A stretch of 64,000 nt of DNA from positions 248,001-312,000 of the forward strand of contig OZ237766.1 of assembly GCA_965178125.1 (NCBI GenBank). Reading direction: 5' to 3'. Positions 40,901 through 54,600 of this stretch are shown here, piece by piece. The stretch's first letter is position 1. The number at the start of each line of letters is the position of its first letter. The translations under genes and the position numbers were made by a program. Source of the stretch: Bilabrum cf. latius. Its lineage: Eukaryota. The notes beneath the pieces are model-generated. The model was given only the letters and a program-made list of their open reading frames with translations. It did no database searches and had not been told where the DNA came from.

Positions 40901-43900
40901 GCCGGGGTGGGCGGCAAGGGTGCCAAGGGCAAGGCCCGGGCAGCCGCGGCTGCCGCCGCACGTGCTCGTCACCTCGCCCCCGGGACGCAGGAGGCAGAGG
41001 TGCTGATGCAGGTGGAGGGCGGCAAGGTGGTGAGGATGCTGCTCCGGGGGAGGACCCTCCGGAGGGGGTTTCCCTTCCTGTACCCCGCCTGCCCCTCGGG
41101 GCTCTGGAGGCTGCGACCGGTGATGGTGGGGTCGCAGGCACCCCCCCTGCAGTTCGTGAACCTTCACAACACCTCGGACACGGACGCTTTCTACGCGATC
41201 GACCCGGCTCCGTTCTGGTCTTCAGCCGCTGCAACGGACGGCCTGCCTCCCTTCTCGGTTCCGCTGGAGGGGCGCCGCGGTTTTGTCCCCGCGGGCGGTG
41301 AGGTGGCCATACCCGTGGTGGCCAATCCCACGGAGGCGGGCGAGTCGTCCTGCGAGATGAGGGTTCGGTGGACGTTCGGGGACAGGTCGCACCCGTTCTG
41401 CCGGGTGGTGGAAGGCAGGCTCGGGCTCGGTGGCAGCCCGTGTGCCGACGAGGTCAGCGGGGCGGAGGGGGAGGAGGAAGAGGCGGTGGAGTCGCACTTG
41501 TCACACCAGGGGCCCAGCTGGGGGGAGGATCTAGACGACCTGCCACCGAGCGTGGAGGCCGGCGGCCGCCGGTGGAAGGAAGCCCACGGCGCACTCGTCA
41601 CACGAGTCATGAGAGAGAGGAAAGAGGCCCTGGGACTCGATGCGGGGAACATCGCCGTACCGCGGCCCGGTCCGTTGCTGCCCAGCGGCGCCTCCTCGGT
41701 GCTTGGCAACGGGTGGGATGTGTCCGTTCGGCTGCTGTGCCGGGGATACCTGTCGCCGGAGGCGTCTCTTGGGGGGCCCGCTTCGGCCAACTCGGAGTCG
41801 AAAACAGACGACCGCGGTGCCGATTCGAGCGCAGCCCAGGCAGCCGCTGTGGCCGAGCCGGCGATCCGGGAGGACCCATCGCCGGCCCCCGTGCTGCCAG
41901 GGCTGCAGAGCTGGTCGCATCTGGATCGGGCGCTGGGGTGGCAGCTCGCCGGTACTGACGTCACTGCGGAACTAGCTGCGGAAGCTGCGATACGCAAGGC
42001 GAGCGTGGCAGCGGCGGAGGGCCGCTCGGGATCAAACCGGAAAGCGCTGGCGACCGCATCAGCATCAGCATCAGCATCAGCATCGGCTGCTCCAGAAGGT
42101 CAAGGAGGCAAGCTCTCGTCACACCTGCTGGGAGGTGCCATCGGGGCGGCACTTCGCAGAGCAGACTCTAGAGTGAGGGGACTCGAGGTGGGCTCCCCCG
42201 AGGACGGGCCCATGAGCGTGAGGCATGCAGCGGAGATGGCCGTGGGGCAGGCGGGGCCCGCGGTGGCACCACCGGCCGCCGGGAGAGTGACCGGAAATGA
42301 CTCGGAATCCAAAGAGACCCTGCAGGCGCAGGGGCACCTCACGCGGGTTCGTGCCCTCCTGTAGGCTTGTTCCCTGGAAGCACCCCCCTTGGACGGTGGT
42401 GACGGCGCGGGGGGGTATCCCATGGTGGGACCTGAACGATCCGTGGAGAGCGCATTGGAATCCATGCAGTCGAGGTCTCCCAGGGAACAACAACGGGGTG
42501 GTCGTGGCGGTGGTGGTGGTGATAACGGGAACGACCCCTCGGTGGGGTCATCCTTCCCCCAGGGAACAATGGTCCCCTACGCCCCCCTGGACGCCCCCGA
42601 CGCCCACGTGCCCCCCTCCCACAGAGATTCCCCCGACTGCCCCGCGCCCTCCCTTGCTCTTGTGCCGAGGCGGGCGGTGCCCATGGTGCCTGCCCCCGGT
42701 GCGTTATCGGCTGACTTCTTCGGTGCGGAACCGCCCCTGGTGCGGTGCGCGGCGTGGCCCGCCCCATGGTGCCCCGAGGGGATGGCCAGTCTCAGCGCCG
42801 AGGAGGTTCCGCTGGGGGACCTGCCCTTCGGCGGCGCCGCGCATCGGCTGGTGGTGCTGCGGAACCACAGGAAGGGCGGCCTGGCTCGCTCCAAGGCGCT
42901 CGGGTGGGTCCCGCCGGATCAGCGGCGCGACGGTTCCGCAGGCGCCGCGCATTACCCGCCCGGTCCCGTGGAGGAAGGCGGCTGGCTCCGATTCGCCTGG
43001 GAATCCACCCCCGCCCTGACACTGGGTGGCGGGGGGAGCAGCGTGAGCGTGCATCCGCCCAGCGGCATGATCCCGCCCGGAGGTGCCGTTCTGTGTCGGA
43101 TCACCTGTGTGGGTCCCTACGCGGCGGTTGCAACCGACGGATACCTGTCCTGCGTGGCGGCCGTGCCCGAGGAAGAGGTGGCCAAACTGGTCGCGGTCCG
43201 TGCCAGGGAACAAGCCGTCCTGGCCCGCAGGCGAGCCGCCCGGGAGGCGGCCCGCCCCCCCGACCCCAAGCACGTCCCAGTTGCAACCAGGAGCACCCAG
43301 GCCAGGGAGCTTCGGGTCGCCGCCAGCGCGCACCATCGGGACCTCAAGGCCACCTCCATGGCGAGGAAGCACATCGCCCCGCCCAAGTCCCCCTCTGTCG
43401 TGAGCAGGGAGAGGTCCAGATCCAGGGGCAGGGGCGGTGGGCGCAACTCCGATGCCGGGTCCTTTGCGGCGCCGCGCAGTTTTGCGGAACCTATCGAGGA
43501 GCAGGATTCGCTCGATTCGATCGGGCTCGCGGCTGGGATCGAAGGCGGCAGCAGCAGCAACGTCGACGACGGCGGCGGTTTCGGGGGCGGCGGTTCCGTG
43601 TCTTCCGTCAGCCGGGCGATGATGAAAGGTGTCGGCGGCGGCAGCAGGCGAACCAGGGGCGGTGCTGGAATCAACACTCCCAGGCATCCGGGCGGGGCCG
43701 CGGGTGGCGGGAACGGCTCCGTGGCCTCTGGGCAGTCCCAAGCCCTGGCTGAACTGGAGAGGGCGGGGCGGCCGGTGCGAAACTCTGTTCCCTCAGTACC
43801 TGTGACGCAGACGCTCAAGCTGCCCGCAAACCGGAAGAGGGCGCGCCCACGGGTCGTGGTCCGCGGCGGGGTTGCGACCATCGACGAAGACGCGCTGGCG

Positions 43901-45127
43901 CGGGAGGACGAGGAGGCCCCCGCCGAGGACGCGGGGGATGTGCGGGCTCGGCTGGCCGTGGCGGCCGCGCGGGAAGCCGCTGGCCTTGACGGATCCGACG
44001 GTGGTGACCCGGAGGACGACGATGAAGATGAAGATGAAGACCAGGTGCCCCCTGGTGCGAGGAGGAGCCCGCACGTCGCCGTGGCGATCGCCCGGTCCAG
44101 GGCCAGCGGCTCCAGGGGGAAGCGAACGAGGGGGGGTGCTTCCGAGGGGGGTCGTAGCAAGATGTCCATGGGCCTGCCTGCTTCTGCCATGGGTTAGAAG
44201 GCACCGCAGTCGCTGGCTGTGCCTCCTCCCGTTCCACCCGCGGTGCGGCTGATGCTTCGTGTGAGGGCACGCGTGCTCTCGCCCGACGATTTCGATGCCG
44301 TGCACGGGGCCAGCAGGAGGGCTTGCTTCGTCACGGTGCACGAAGAGGCAGCCGTGGCGGGTGCCAGCGCGGGCGGTGATGCGGAACATGTGCCGACGGC
44401 GCCGCGCATCGGGGATCTCCCCGGCGGGGCACAGGCCCTGGTGCCGCCCTCGGCGGATGCGCTTGCCAGGCAGCACGTGCACGGGCTGCTGCTGGCACCC
44501 GGTAGGGGTGGTCAAAGTGGTGGCGGCGGAGAGAGCGTTGGGAGTGGTCAAAGTGGCAGCGGCGATGGGGCCATGGCAGTGGTGGACGAGGAGGGCCTCA
44601 GGCAGGCGAGGGGCGAGGCGGCTGCCGAGGCTGCGGCCGAGTCCAGGGGATCCACCGGTGGATTGCTGGGTGTGCTGGCGAGGGATCTGATGGAAATGCT
44701 CGCGGCGGACGCGGCAGGTTCCGCTGATGTGCGCGGCGCCGATTCAGGTGGTGCCACTGGCGCGACGTTCGCGGAAGTGTCCGCGGAGATGCGCGCGCCC
44801 CTTCCGGGTGACGCCGCAGGCACGGGACACTTAGAAGGTGCATCGCACGATTGTGCTGGTGGTGATGGTGATCCCGATGGGGCCGATCCGATCCCAGGAG
44901 GCTGCGAAGACCGCGCCTGGGCCATGTGCCAGCCAGAGGGCCGTGCCCTGTGCGCGGGTGTGGTGGAGAATGCACTGCGGCTGGTCATCGGGGATGCAAT
45001 GGGAAGCGCGGAGGGGGCGGGGGCCTTCTTGGCCGAAGGAGAGACGCAGGGCGATGGTGCTGGAACTGAGGGTGGGCGAGGTGGTTATCGCCCGCTTGCT
45101 AGTCGGGCTGTGCTGCTGGACGGGTGA
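34961..45127 (+). CDS. CFAP65: Cilia- and flagella-associated protein 65-like (ASH/MSP Ig-like domains), ~3388 aa, apparently intronless
   Basis: WRPGGEYIKKLQVKNVG...YALPASKFFSMDFPEP and repeated LDFG...LRN modules. Five ORFs joined by TAG at 36368, 37379, 42362 and 44195. TGA stop. Confidence 0.8.
37739..37826 (+). repeat. (GGTGCT)n hexamer repeat (Gly-Ala) in the CFAP65-like gene
   Basis: Perfect tandem run. Confidence 0.95.
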
Positions 45128-45388
45128 CGGTGTGTTGAGTGATCCATCCGGGTGATGCCTTCAATCTCAAGGATGCAACTCTGCTTGAAAGCACACGGAT
45201 GTAGATAGAAGCTCATTTATAGAAAGCAAGGGTGGTATCACATCGATAATTCCAATGCAGCAGCAAACAGGACCTGACCGATGCTTTCAGATGCCACCGA
45301 ACATGTAGCTGGGCACGGGGGCCGGTGCGCTTCTCAAGTGCGCGACTTCCAATCCACTCCACATCAATCAACACGACCGAGGGGTAAT

Positions 45389-46821
45389 TCACTCCACCTG
45401 GATCCACACCTCGTTGTGCTGCGGACATAAAGTTGAGGAGCAAAAAATGATAGTAAAAGGCATCGGAGACGAAGGGGGCCATTCGAGGCACCTTCAGGTG
45501 AGTGCAGTGCAATGCACTGTGTACCACTCACGCGGTTGAACAGGGTGAAGGGGGAATCGTACGAGGCCCAGATGGGGGACCACCGGGTGTTCATCACGGG
45601 CGTGTACCCATCTGCCTTGAGGTCGGCGAGGAGGCTTGCCTGCGTGCTCTTGAACTCATCCTCGCTCGGGAACCCGCCGTACACGGCCGAGGCGATCTTG
45701 AGGCCCGAGGGCATCTGGCTGATGCTGATCTTGTCCGACTTGGGCACGTCCTGCAGGCTCTTGGAGAATGCCGAGGGCACGAAGAAGGAGACCCACCAGT
45801 TCTGGGTGTCGTTGGTCTGGGAGATGACAGGGTGCGTCATCTGCGGGGATAGCATGGGACAGCAGCAGGCTAGGGTAGGGTGGTGCGGGGATTCGGCAAC
45901 TCACCGAGGGGTCCCAGAGTGCACATGATTCCCGCAGCAATACATTTTTTTAAACGCTGGAAAGCGCCTGTTCCTACAAATACTGCCGCTCTTCTTGCCA
46001 AGGCAACGCAGCACGGCAGGCGGGGCCCAGTGAAGCGTCGTCACTGACGGAATGCCGTCATCGTGCATCAACTCACGGGAATCTTCTGGTGCTGGTCATT
46101 GTCTCCCTCAATGTAGTCGAAGTTAGCCTGGAAACCCTCCTGTGTGGAAGCCTGCCAGTCCCCCTGCACGCTGGCGGTGGACCAGAACTCGAGTGTGTTG
46201 GCGGCGTAGCTTCGCACCTGGTAGGTCGTCTTATTGGCGACGAGGTCGAAGCAAGGAGCCTCAATCTGCGTGACTTGAGAACAATTAGCGAGCTGTCTTA
46301 TGTGTGTTACTGTACGTACAGGTTTCGAGGGCTTCAACGAACTGTACTCATCAACGCCTGCAGCAACTCATCAAGCCAAAGGCTTGCCACTTTAGATTGC
46401 CTTCAGCAAGTCAAAATGATTGTAAACGACGAACACGGCTAAATTTATACTCCTATACCAAAGCTACGGCATCTTATAATGCAATAATGCTTGCAGGTCC
46501 AGAAACAAGACACCACGTATTTCTGCACGATTCGTGGTCATCACCAAACAAGCAACCAATTTGCTTCGGTTATGCACCATACCAGGGCTTTATTTGATCG
46601 ATCATCAAAACTGAATTCACAGTAGGCGAAAATGTGGAGCCATGAAGCGCCAAACATCGCAGGGCAACGCAAGAAGCGTCCCCACGTCACGCCATCAAAT
46701 CACCGCATGTCAGCAGGAGCTCATCCCTATGTCTCACGTTCTTGTCGTAGGTGTAGCAAGGAGGGCCCTATTGAGCAGAGACAGCAGTAGCAAGTGCGAT
46801 GGCAGCGGCAACAGCGAACAT
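45389..46821 (-). CDS. Secreted SOUL heme-binding family protein; exons 46821-46738, 46265-46077, 45840-45532, 45418-45389
   Basis: IEAPCF, YQVRSY, FDYIEGDNDQHQKIP|MTHPV, VSFFVP, YDSPFTLFNR|HNEVW. Canonical gtgag...cag introns. TAG at 46768 after the signal peptide. TGA stop. Confidence 0.9.
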
Positions 46822-47183
46822 TTTCGTTTACTATTTCTTTAGCTTGTGGATGGAATGCAGCGTCACCGTCAAGGTGCTGACAGCAACAGTTACGAGCAGT
46901 TTTAAAGTATACCAGATAGCGTCAAAGTGCAACGCCGCAGTCACTGTCTGCGGCAGTTGAACTCTACGAAACAACTGCAAGCCTCATTAATTTAGTAATG
47001 CCCGCAGATACAACGGCCTTTGTTATACTATATGTGCGTTCATTCGGGTAATGGCTGATATTACCGGATGTACAACAAGCGCTAATCCATTCCACGACGT
47101 TCCATTTAGCTGGATGTCACAAAGCTGTTAACGAGTATGACAAGCAGCACACTGAGGGACAAGCATACGCAATCATTGAGTAA

Positions 47184-48415
47184 TTATGTACTCGACCCTG
47201 CTGCCTGCAGCATGGCAACGCACTCGTCATGCCCCCCCAGCCTGGCTGCCTCCAATGGTCTCACCACCCTGGTCCCGCCGGCCCCATCCTCCACCTCGCC
47301 CTTGATCTCCAGTCCGCCCGCCAGCTTGCCCAGCTTCAGCCTCTTCGCAAGCTCCATGGGCCTGCCCTCAGCAGCTGCCCTGAAGACTCTTCCAGCGTCC
47401 CTCTTGGCATCGACCGCCCGCCTCCATTTGGCCAGGTGTCCCACCCAGGGGGCGTAGTACCTCAGCAGCTTGGCAGCTTCAAAGTGCCCGTTGTTGAATG
47501 CCACGTGATACGGGTATTTTCCAAACTGTGGTGCTTATAACGGGTGTCTCATAATCTGGCGACAGCAAGATACGCTGCATGCATACGCGCGGCGCTGCAA
47601 TCCCATCCGTGTTCTTGCAGCACATTGAATTGTTGAATGATAGGTGGTAAACGCATACGCTAGCTGGAATTCCATCCGCGGCTCGATTAATGCCAACCAC
47701 TCGCCCCGCGCGGCTGAGGCTGCTAGAAGCTCACCCTAGTAACTGCGTGTATGTCGGCACCTAGGACCAGCAGCCTACGTATCACCACGCAGTCTCCTCG
47801 AGTTCCTGCGTAGTGCAATGCCGTAAACCCACCCTGCACGAACATGATTAGAACAAGATCTCGATATGCGTGACCTCCAAAACAAGGGATCGCAACGAAA
47901 ATATCGACATGCCAAGGTACTGCACAGAATAACGCATCGAATGAGTACTTCTGCCATCAAAGTAAATCTATGTATGCTCTCACATGGTTGCCCCAGTTCA
48001 CGCGTGCGCCTGACCTTACTAGCAACCCGCAAATATCAGCGTGGCCATTCATCGCGGCGCCCATCAACGGAGAAGCTTCTCGCCTTGTCTACGCAGATCA
48101 CAACGAATTACACATGCATATTAGATACATTCCAGTCGGCAACCCTACCAGACGTGCGAAGTGTGTTTCGGCGCGTGCCAGATCCGGGTGCCCGAGAACG
48201 GGGCGCTCTCGTCAGAGGCTCACATGATGCGGCATGAGCAGAGCCGCGCCACCTCTGATTATCTCTTCGCATTTAGCATAGTCGCCATCGCTGGCTGCTT
48301 TGGTTAGCGCAATACGTGTATCGTCATGATTCTCCGCCGTAGGAGCGGGTTGCACTCCACCAAACACTCCCTGCGGCATGGCCGGCGGACCCGCCCTGCA
48401 TTCGTAAGTGGCCAT
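47184..48415 (-). CDS. Short ankyrin-repeat protein; exons 48415-48224, 48088-47984, 47833-47735, 47525-47184
   Basis: Phase-0 exons SPLMGAAMNGHADIC and TALHYAGTRGD...LGADIHA. Terminal exon is paralogous to 48700-49041. TAA stop. Confidence 0.8.
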
Positions 48416-48699
48416 TTTGTGAGTCACACTGAATTCGTATCAGTCATTCGGTAAGACATCTGACAAAAAATTGGATTATCTTACATTCACGGGTACGGGT
48501 CAATCTCAAAAGATGTTGTCGCTGGCGGTCCTGGTGCTTAGCAGTGCACTGCAGTTGCACCAGAGGGCAGTTACGATGACTGTTGTCCATCGGCAGGCCA
48601 ACAATGTCTCCAGAAGTTACGCACGGAGAACCCAATAAACGCTGGCATGCGTCACTCTGCCGCCTCCTCGAGCAACCTCACACACTCGTCATGCCCAGA

Positions 48700-51600
48700 T
48701 CACCCCATCGCCTCCTCGAGCAACTTCACGCACTTGTCATGACCCCCCAGTTGAGCTGCCTCAAGCGGACCTAGCACCCTGGCACCGCTCCGAGTCGATC
48801 CGTCCTTCAGCTGGCCCTTGATCTCCAGCCCGCCTGCCAGCTTGCCCAGTCTCAGCCTCTTTGCCAGCTCCATGGGCCTGCCCTCAGCAGCTGCCCTGAA
48901 GACTCGCCCAGCGTCCCTCCTGGCCTCGACCGCTCTCCTCCACAGAGCCAGATACACCCACCGGGGGGTATACGTTTCTAGTTGTCTGGCAATGTCATGG
49001 TGAGACGTTCGGTATGCGACATCGATCGAAGTTTCACCATTCTGCATATATTTGTATGCAGGTTATGAAATAATGTCTCACTAAATTGGTTTATTCGTTC
49101 AGCCGACAGGCAGATGCACGCGTTTGCATCAATAATTTGTCAGTAATAAAATAAAAAAAATCATCCTGAACATAAAAAAGCGTGATGTGAAAACAAATCC
49201 AATGCGAACTCACATTCGCGCACGCTCTCGGCCGCGCCCCCTTGGACAGCAGCAGCTCGCACACGGAGGCATGGCCGTTCCCGGCAGCCAGACTGAGCGG
49301 CGTGTCTCCTTCCTGCAAGGGATCTCATATAGAACAAATACCGAACAAAGCTACGCAGTGCCCAGAGCCGCGCACTACACGATTTCTACACATTTATCAC
49401 CATGTCTACCTCAGGCCAGTCTGTCGCAGCCTTGCAAGTATCAGGCCTATACTTGCAATCGGACCCAGCTGACCATACAGCTAGCTCATGGTCGAGGCAT
49501 ACATAACATGGCCCGCACTCGGTTGTAGCGAGTGGTTGCGTATGCAAGGACTGCCCTCGAGTGGAGCCGTGGGCAGCAACACCAACCATGGTTAGAACCA
49601 CAGTCTAGATGAGGATCTCACTCTGTCAATTCTGTCGACCATCGCCCCCTTGGACAGGAGCAGCTTGCACACTTCGACGTGACCATCTCCAGCAGCCAGA
49701 CCGAGAGGCGTGAATCCATCCTGCAAGGGAACTCATATAGAACCAATACCGAACAAAGCTACGCAGTGCCCAGAACGGCGCACTACACGATTTCTACACA
49801 TTTATCACCATGTCTACCGCAGGCCGGTCTGTCGCAGCCTTGCGAGTATCAGGCCCATACTTGCACTCGGATCCAGACGCCCATACAGCTAGCTCGTGGT
49901 CGAGGCATACATAACATGGCCCGCACTCGGTTGTAGCGAGTGGTTGCGTATGCAAGGACTGCCCTCGAGTGGAGCCATGGGCAGCAACACCAACCATGGT
50001 TAGAACCACAGTCTAGATGAAAATCTCACTTCATTACTCTCGATGTTTGCCCCCTTGGACAGGAGCAGCTCGCACACTTCGGCATGGCCATTCTCAGCAG
50101 CCAGACCGAGAGGCGTGCATTCATCCTGCAAGGGAACTCATATAGAACCAATACCGAACAAAGCTACGCAGTGCCCAGGGCCGCGCACTACACGATTCCT
50201 ACAGCAGTATCACAATGTCTTCCTCAGGCCAGTCTGTCGCAGCCTTGCGAGTATCAGGCCCATACTTGCACTCGGATCCAGACGCCCATACAGCTAGCTC
50301 GTGGTCGAGGCATACATAACATGGCCCGCACTCGGTTGTAGCGAGTGGTTGCGTATGCAAGGACTGCCCTCGAGTGGAGCCATGGGGTCCGACACCATTA
50401 ATGGTAATTCAGGACCACAGTCCAGCTGAAAATCTCACCATGGCAATTGTAGCGACCATCGCCCCCTTGGACAGCAGCAGCTCGCACACGTCGGCATGGC
50501 CATTCTTAGCAGCCAGGCCGAGAGGCGCGTGCACATACTGCAAGGGAACTCATATAGGACCAATACCGAACAAAGCTACGTTGTGCCCAGAACGGCGCAC
50601 AACACGATTTTTACAAAAGTTTTACCACGTTTTCCGCAGGCCAGTCTGTCGCGGTCGAGCAATTACCACGCCTATACAAGTAATCGGATCATGCTGACCA
50701 CACAGCGTGCAGTGAAGAGAGGCATAACATGGCATGCACTCGGCTGTAGCGAGTGGTTCCGTATGCAAGGACTGCCCACGAGTGCAGCCATGGGCTGCGA
50801 CACCATCCATGGTTAGGACCAGAGTCAAGCTGAAAATCTCACTTCATTACCCTCGATCTGCGCCCCCTTGGACAGGAACACCTCGCACACGTCAGCATGG
50901 CCATTCTTGGCAGCCAGACCGAGAGGCGTGTGCTGATACTGCAAGGGAACTCATATAGGACCAATACTGAACAAAGCTACGTAGTGCCTAGAACGGTGCA
51001 CAACACGATTCCTACAAAAGTTTTACCACGTTTTCCGCATGCCAGTCTGTCGCGGTCAATCAATTACCACGCCTATACAAGCAATCGGATCTAGCTGACC
51101 ACACAGCGTGCAGTAAAAGCAGGCATAACATGGCATACACTCGGCTGTAGCGAGTGGTTCCGTATGCAAAGACTGCCCTCGAGTGCAGCCATGGGCTGCG
51201 ACACCATCCATGGTTAGGACCACAGTCTAGATGAAAATCTCACTTCATTACCCTCGATCTGCGCTCCCTTGGACAGCAACAGCTCGCACACGGAGGCATG
51301 GCCATTCCTGGCAGCCAGACCGAGAGGCGTGCATTCATCCTGCAAGGGAACTCATATAGAACCAATACCGAACAAAGCTACGCAGTGCCCAGGGCCGCGC
51401 ACTACACGATTCCTATAGCAGTATCACAATGTCTTCCTCAGGCCAGTCTGTCGCAGCCTTGCGAGTATCAGGCCCATACTTGCACTCGGATCCAGACGCC
51501 CATACAGCTAGCTCGTGGTCGAGGCATACATAACATGGCCCGCACTCGGTTGTAGCGAGTGGTTGCGTATGCAAGGACTGCCCTCGAGTGGAGCCATGGG

Positions 51601-54600
51601 GTCCGACACCATTAATGGTAATTCAGGACCACAGTCCAGCTGAAAATCTCACCATGGCAATTGTAGCGACCATCGCCCCCTTGGACAGCAGCAGCTCGCA
51701 CACGTCGGCATGGCCATTCTTAGCAGCCAGACCGAGAGGCGTGCATCCATTCTGCAAGGGAACTCATATAGAACCAATACCGAACAAAGCTACGTTGTGC
51801 CCAGAACGGCGCACAACACGATTTTTACAAAAGTTTTACCACGTTTTCCCCAGGCCAGTCTGTCGCGGTCGAGCAATTACCACGCCTATACAAGTAATCG
51901 GATCATGCTGACCACACAGCGTGCAGTGAAGAGAGGCATAACATGGCATGCACTCGGCTGTAGCGAGTGGTTCCGTATGCAAGGACTGCCCACGAGTGCA
52001 GCCATGGGCTGCGACACCATCCATGGTTAGGACCAGAGTCAAGCTGAAAATCTCACTTCATTACCCTCGATCTGCGCCCCCTTGGACAGGAACACCTCGC
52101 ACACGTCAGCATGGCCATTCTTGGCAGCCAGACCGAGAGGCGTGTGCTGATACTGCAAGGGAACTCATATAGGACCAATACTGAACAAAGCTACGTAGTG
52201 CCTAGAACGGTGCACAACACGATTCCTACAAAAGTTTTACCACGTTTTCCGCATGCCAGTCTGTCGCGGTCAATCAATTACCACGCCTATACAAGCAATC
52301 GGATCTAGCTGACCACACAGCGTGCAGTAAAAGCAGGCATAACATGGCATACACTCGGCTGTAGCGAGTGGTTCCGTATGCAAAGACTGCCCTCGAGTGC
52401 AGCCATGGGCTGCGACACCATCCATGGTTAGGACCACAGTCTAGATGAAAATCTCACTTCATTACCCTCGATCTGCGCTCCCTTGGACAGCAACAGCTCG
52501 CACACGGAGGCATGGCCATTCCTGGCAGCCAGACCGAGAGGCGTGCATCTATCCTGCAATGGAACTCATGTAGGACCAATACCGAACAAAGCTACGCAGT
52601 GCCCAGAGCCGCGCACTACACGATTTCTACACATTTATCACCATGTCTACCTCAGGCCAGTCTGTCGCAGCCTTGCAAGTATCAGGCCTATAGGTGCAAT
52701 CGGACCCAGCTGACCATACAGCTAGTTCTAGGTGAAGGCAGGCAGAACCTGGCCCGCACTCAGTTGTAGCGAGTGGTTGCGTATGGAAGGATTACCCTCG
52801 AGTGGAGCCATGGTCCGCGACACCACCCATGCCAGTGGTTTGGAACACAGTCCAGCTGAAAATCTCACCATGGCAATTCTCTCGATCCGCGCCCCTTTGG
52901 ACATCAGCAGCTCGCACACTTCGACGTGACCATGTCCAGCAGCCAGACCGAGAGGCGTGCATCTATCCTGCAAGGGAACTCATATTGGACCAATACCGAA
53001 CAAAGCTACGCAGTGCCCAGAGCCGCGCACTACACGATTTCTACACATTTATCACCATGTATTCCGCAGGCTAGGCTATCGCAGTCTTGCAAGTATCATG
53101 CCTATACAAGCAATCGGATCCAGCTGACCATACAGCTAGCTCATGGTGAAGGCAGGCATAACATGGCATGCACTCGGTTGCAGCGAGTGGTTCCGTATGG
53201 AAGGATTGCCCTCGAGTGGAGCCATGGGCAGCGACACCATCCATGGTCAGGGCCACAGTCTATCTGGAGGGCTTACCTTGCGATGTGTCTCAATCTGCGC
53301 CCCTTTGGACAGGAGCAGCTCGCACACTTCGGCATGGCCATTTCTGGCAGCCAGACCGAGAGGCGTGTGCAGATACTGCAAGGGAACGCATGTAGGACCA
53401 ATACTGAACAAAGCTTCCAGGTGCCCAGGCCGCGCACTACACGATTCCTACACACAAGTATCACCATGTTTACCTCAGGCCAGTCTGTCGCAGTCAAGCA
53501 AGTATCAGGACTATACTTGCAATCGGATCCAGCTGACTATACAGCAAGAGCACAGTACAGGCAGGCATAACATGGCCCGCACTCGGTTGCAGCGAGTGGT
53601 TCCGTATGCAAGGACTGCCCTCGAGTGGAGCCGTGGGCTGCGACACCATTAATGGTCAGGACCACAGTTTAGATGCAAATCTCACCCTGCGATGTCTCTC
53701 GATGTTTGCGCCATTGGACAGCAGCAGCTCGCACACGTCGGCATGACCATTATCAGCAGCCAGACCGAGAGGTGTGAATCCATCCTGCAAGGGAACGCAT
53801 GTAGGACCAATACCGAACAAAGCTACGCAGTGCCCTGGGCTGCGCACTACACGATTCCTACACAAGTATCACCATGTTTACCTCAGGCCAGTCTGTCGCA
53901 GCCTTGCAAGTATCAGGCTCATACGAGCAATCGGATCCAGCTGACCATACAGCAAGAGCATAGTAAAAGCAGGCAGAACCTGGCCCGCACTCGGTTGTAG
54001 CGAGTGGTTCCGTATGGAAGGACTGCCCTCGAGTGCAGCCATGGGCTGCGACACCATCCATGGTTAGGACCACAGTTTAGATGCAAATCTCACCCTGCAA
54101 TATTCCTCGACCTGCGCTCCCTTGGACAGCAGCAGCTCGCACATGGAGGCATGGCCATTCCTGGCAGCTAGGCCGAGAGGCGTGCATCTATTCTGCAAGG
54201 GAACGCATGTAGGACCAATACCGAACAAAGATCCGCAGTGCCCTGGGCCGCGTACTAAACGATTCCTAGATCTACACAAGTATTGGACTACCATGTTTTC
54301 CTCAGGCCAGTCTATCGCATCCTTGCAAGTATCAGGACTATAGGCGCAATCGGATCAAGCTGCACATACAGCTAGCTCTTGGTGAAGGCAGGCATAAGAT
54401 GGCCCGCACTCGGTTGCAGCGTGGTTTCGTATGGAAGGATTACCCTTCAGTGGAGCCATGGGCTGCGACACCATCCATGGTTAGGCCCACAGTCTATCCA
54501 AAGATCTCACGTTGTCCTTGGCGTCTATCTGCGCCCCCTTGGACAGCAGCAGCTCGCACACGTCAGCATGGCCATTCTTGGCAGCTAGGCCAAAAGGCGT

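Noticed and set aside
34888-44988. Long antisense ORFs over CFAP65-like and other genes
   Set aside because: Shadow ORFs expected in high-GC coding DNA, with no recognisable motifs.
2-45127. Mass pseudogenisation as the explanation for broken ORFs
   Set aside because: Interruptions are exclusively TAG, with no frameshifts or internal TAA/TGA, and catalytic motifs are intact.
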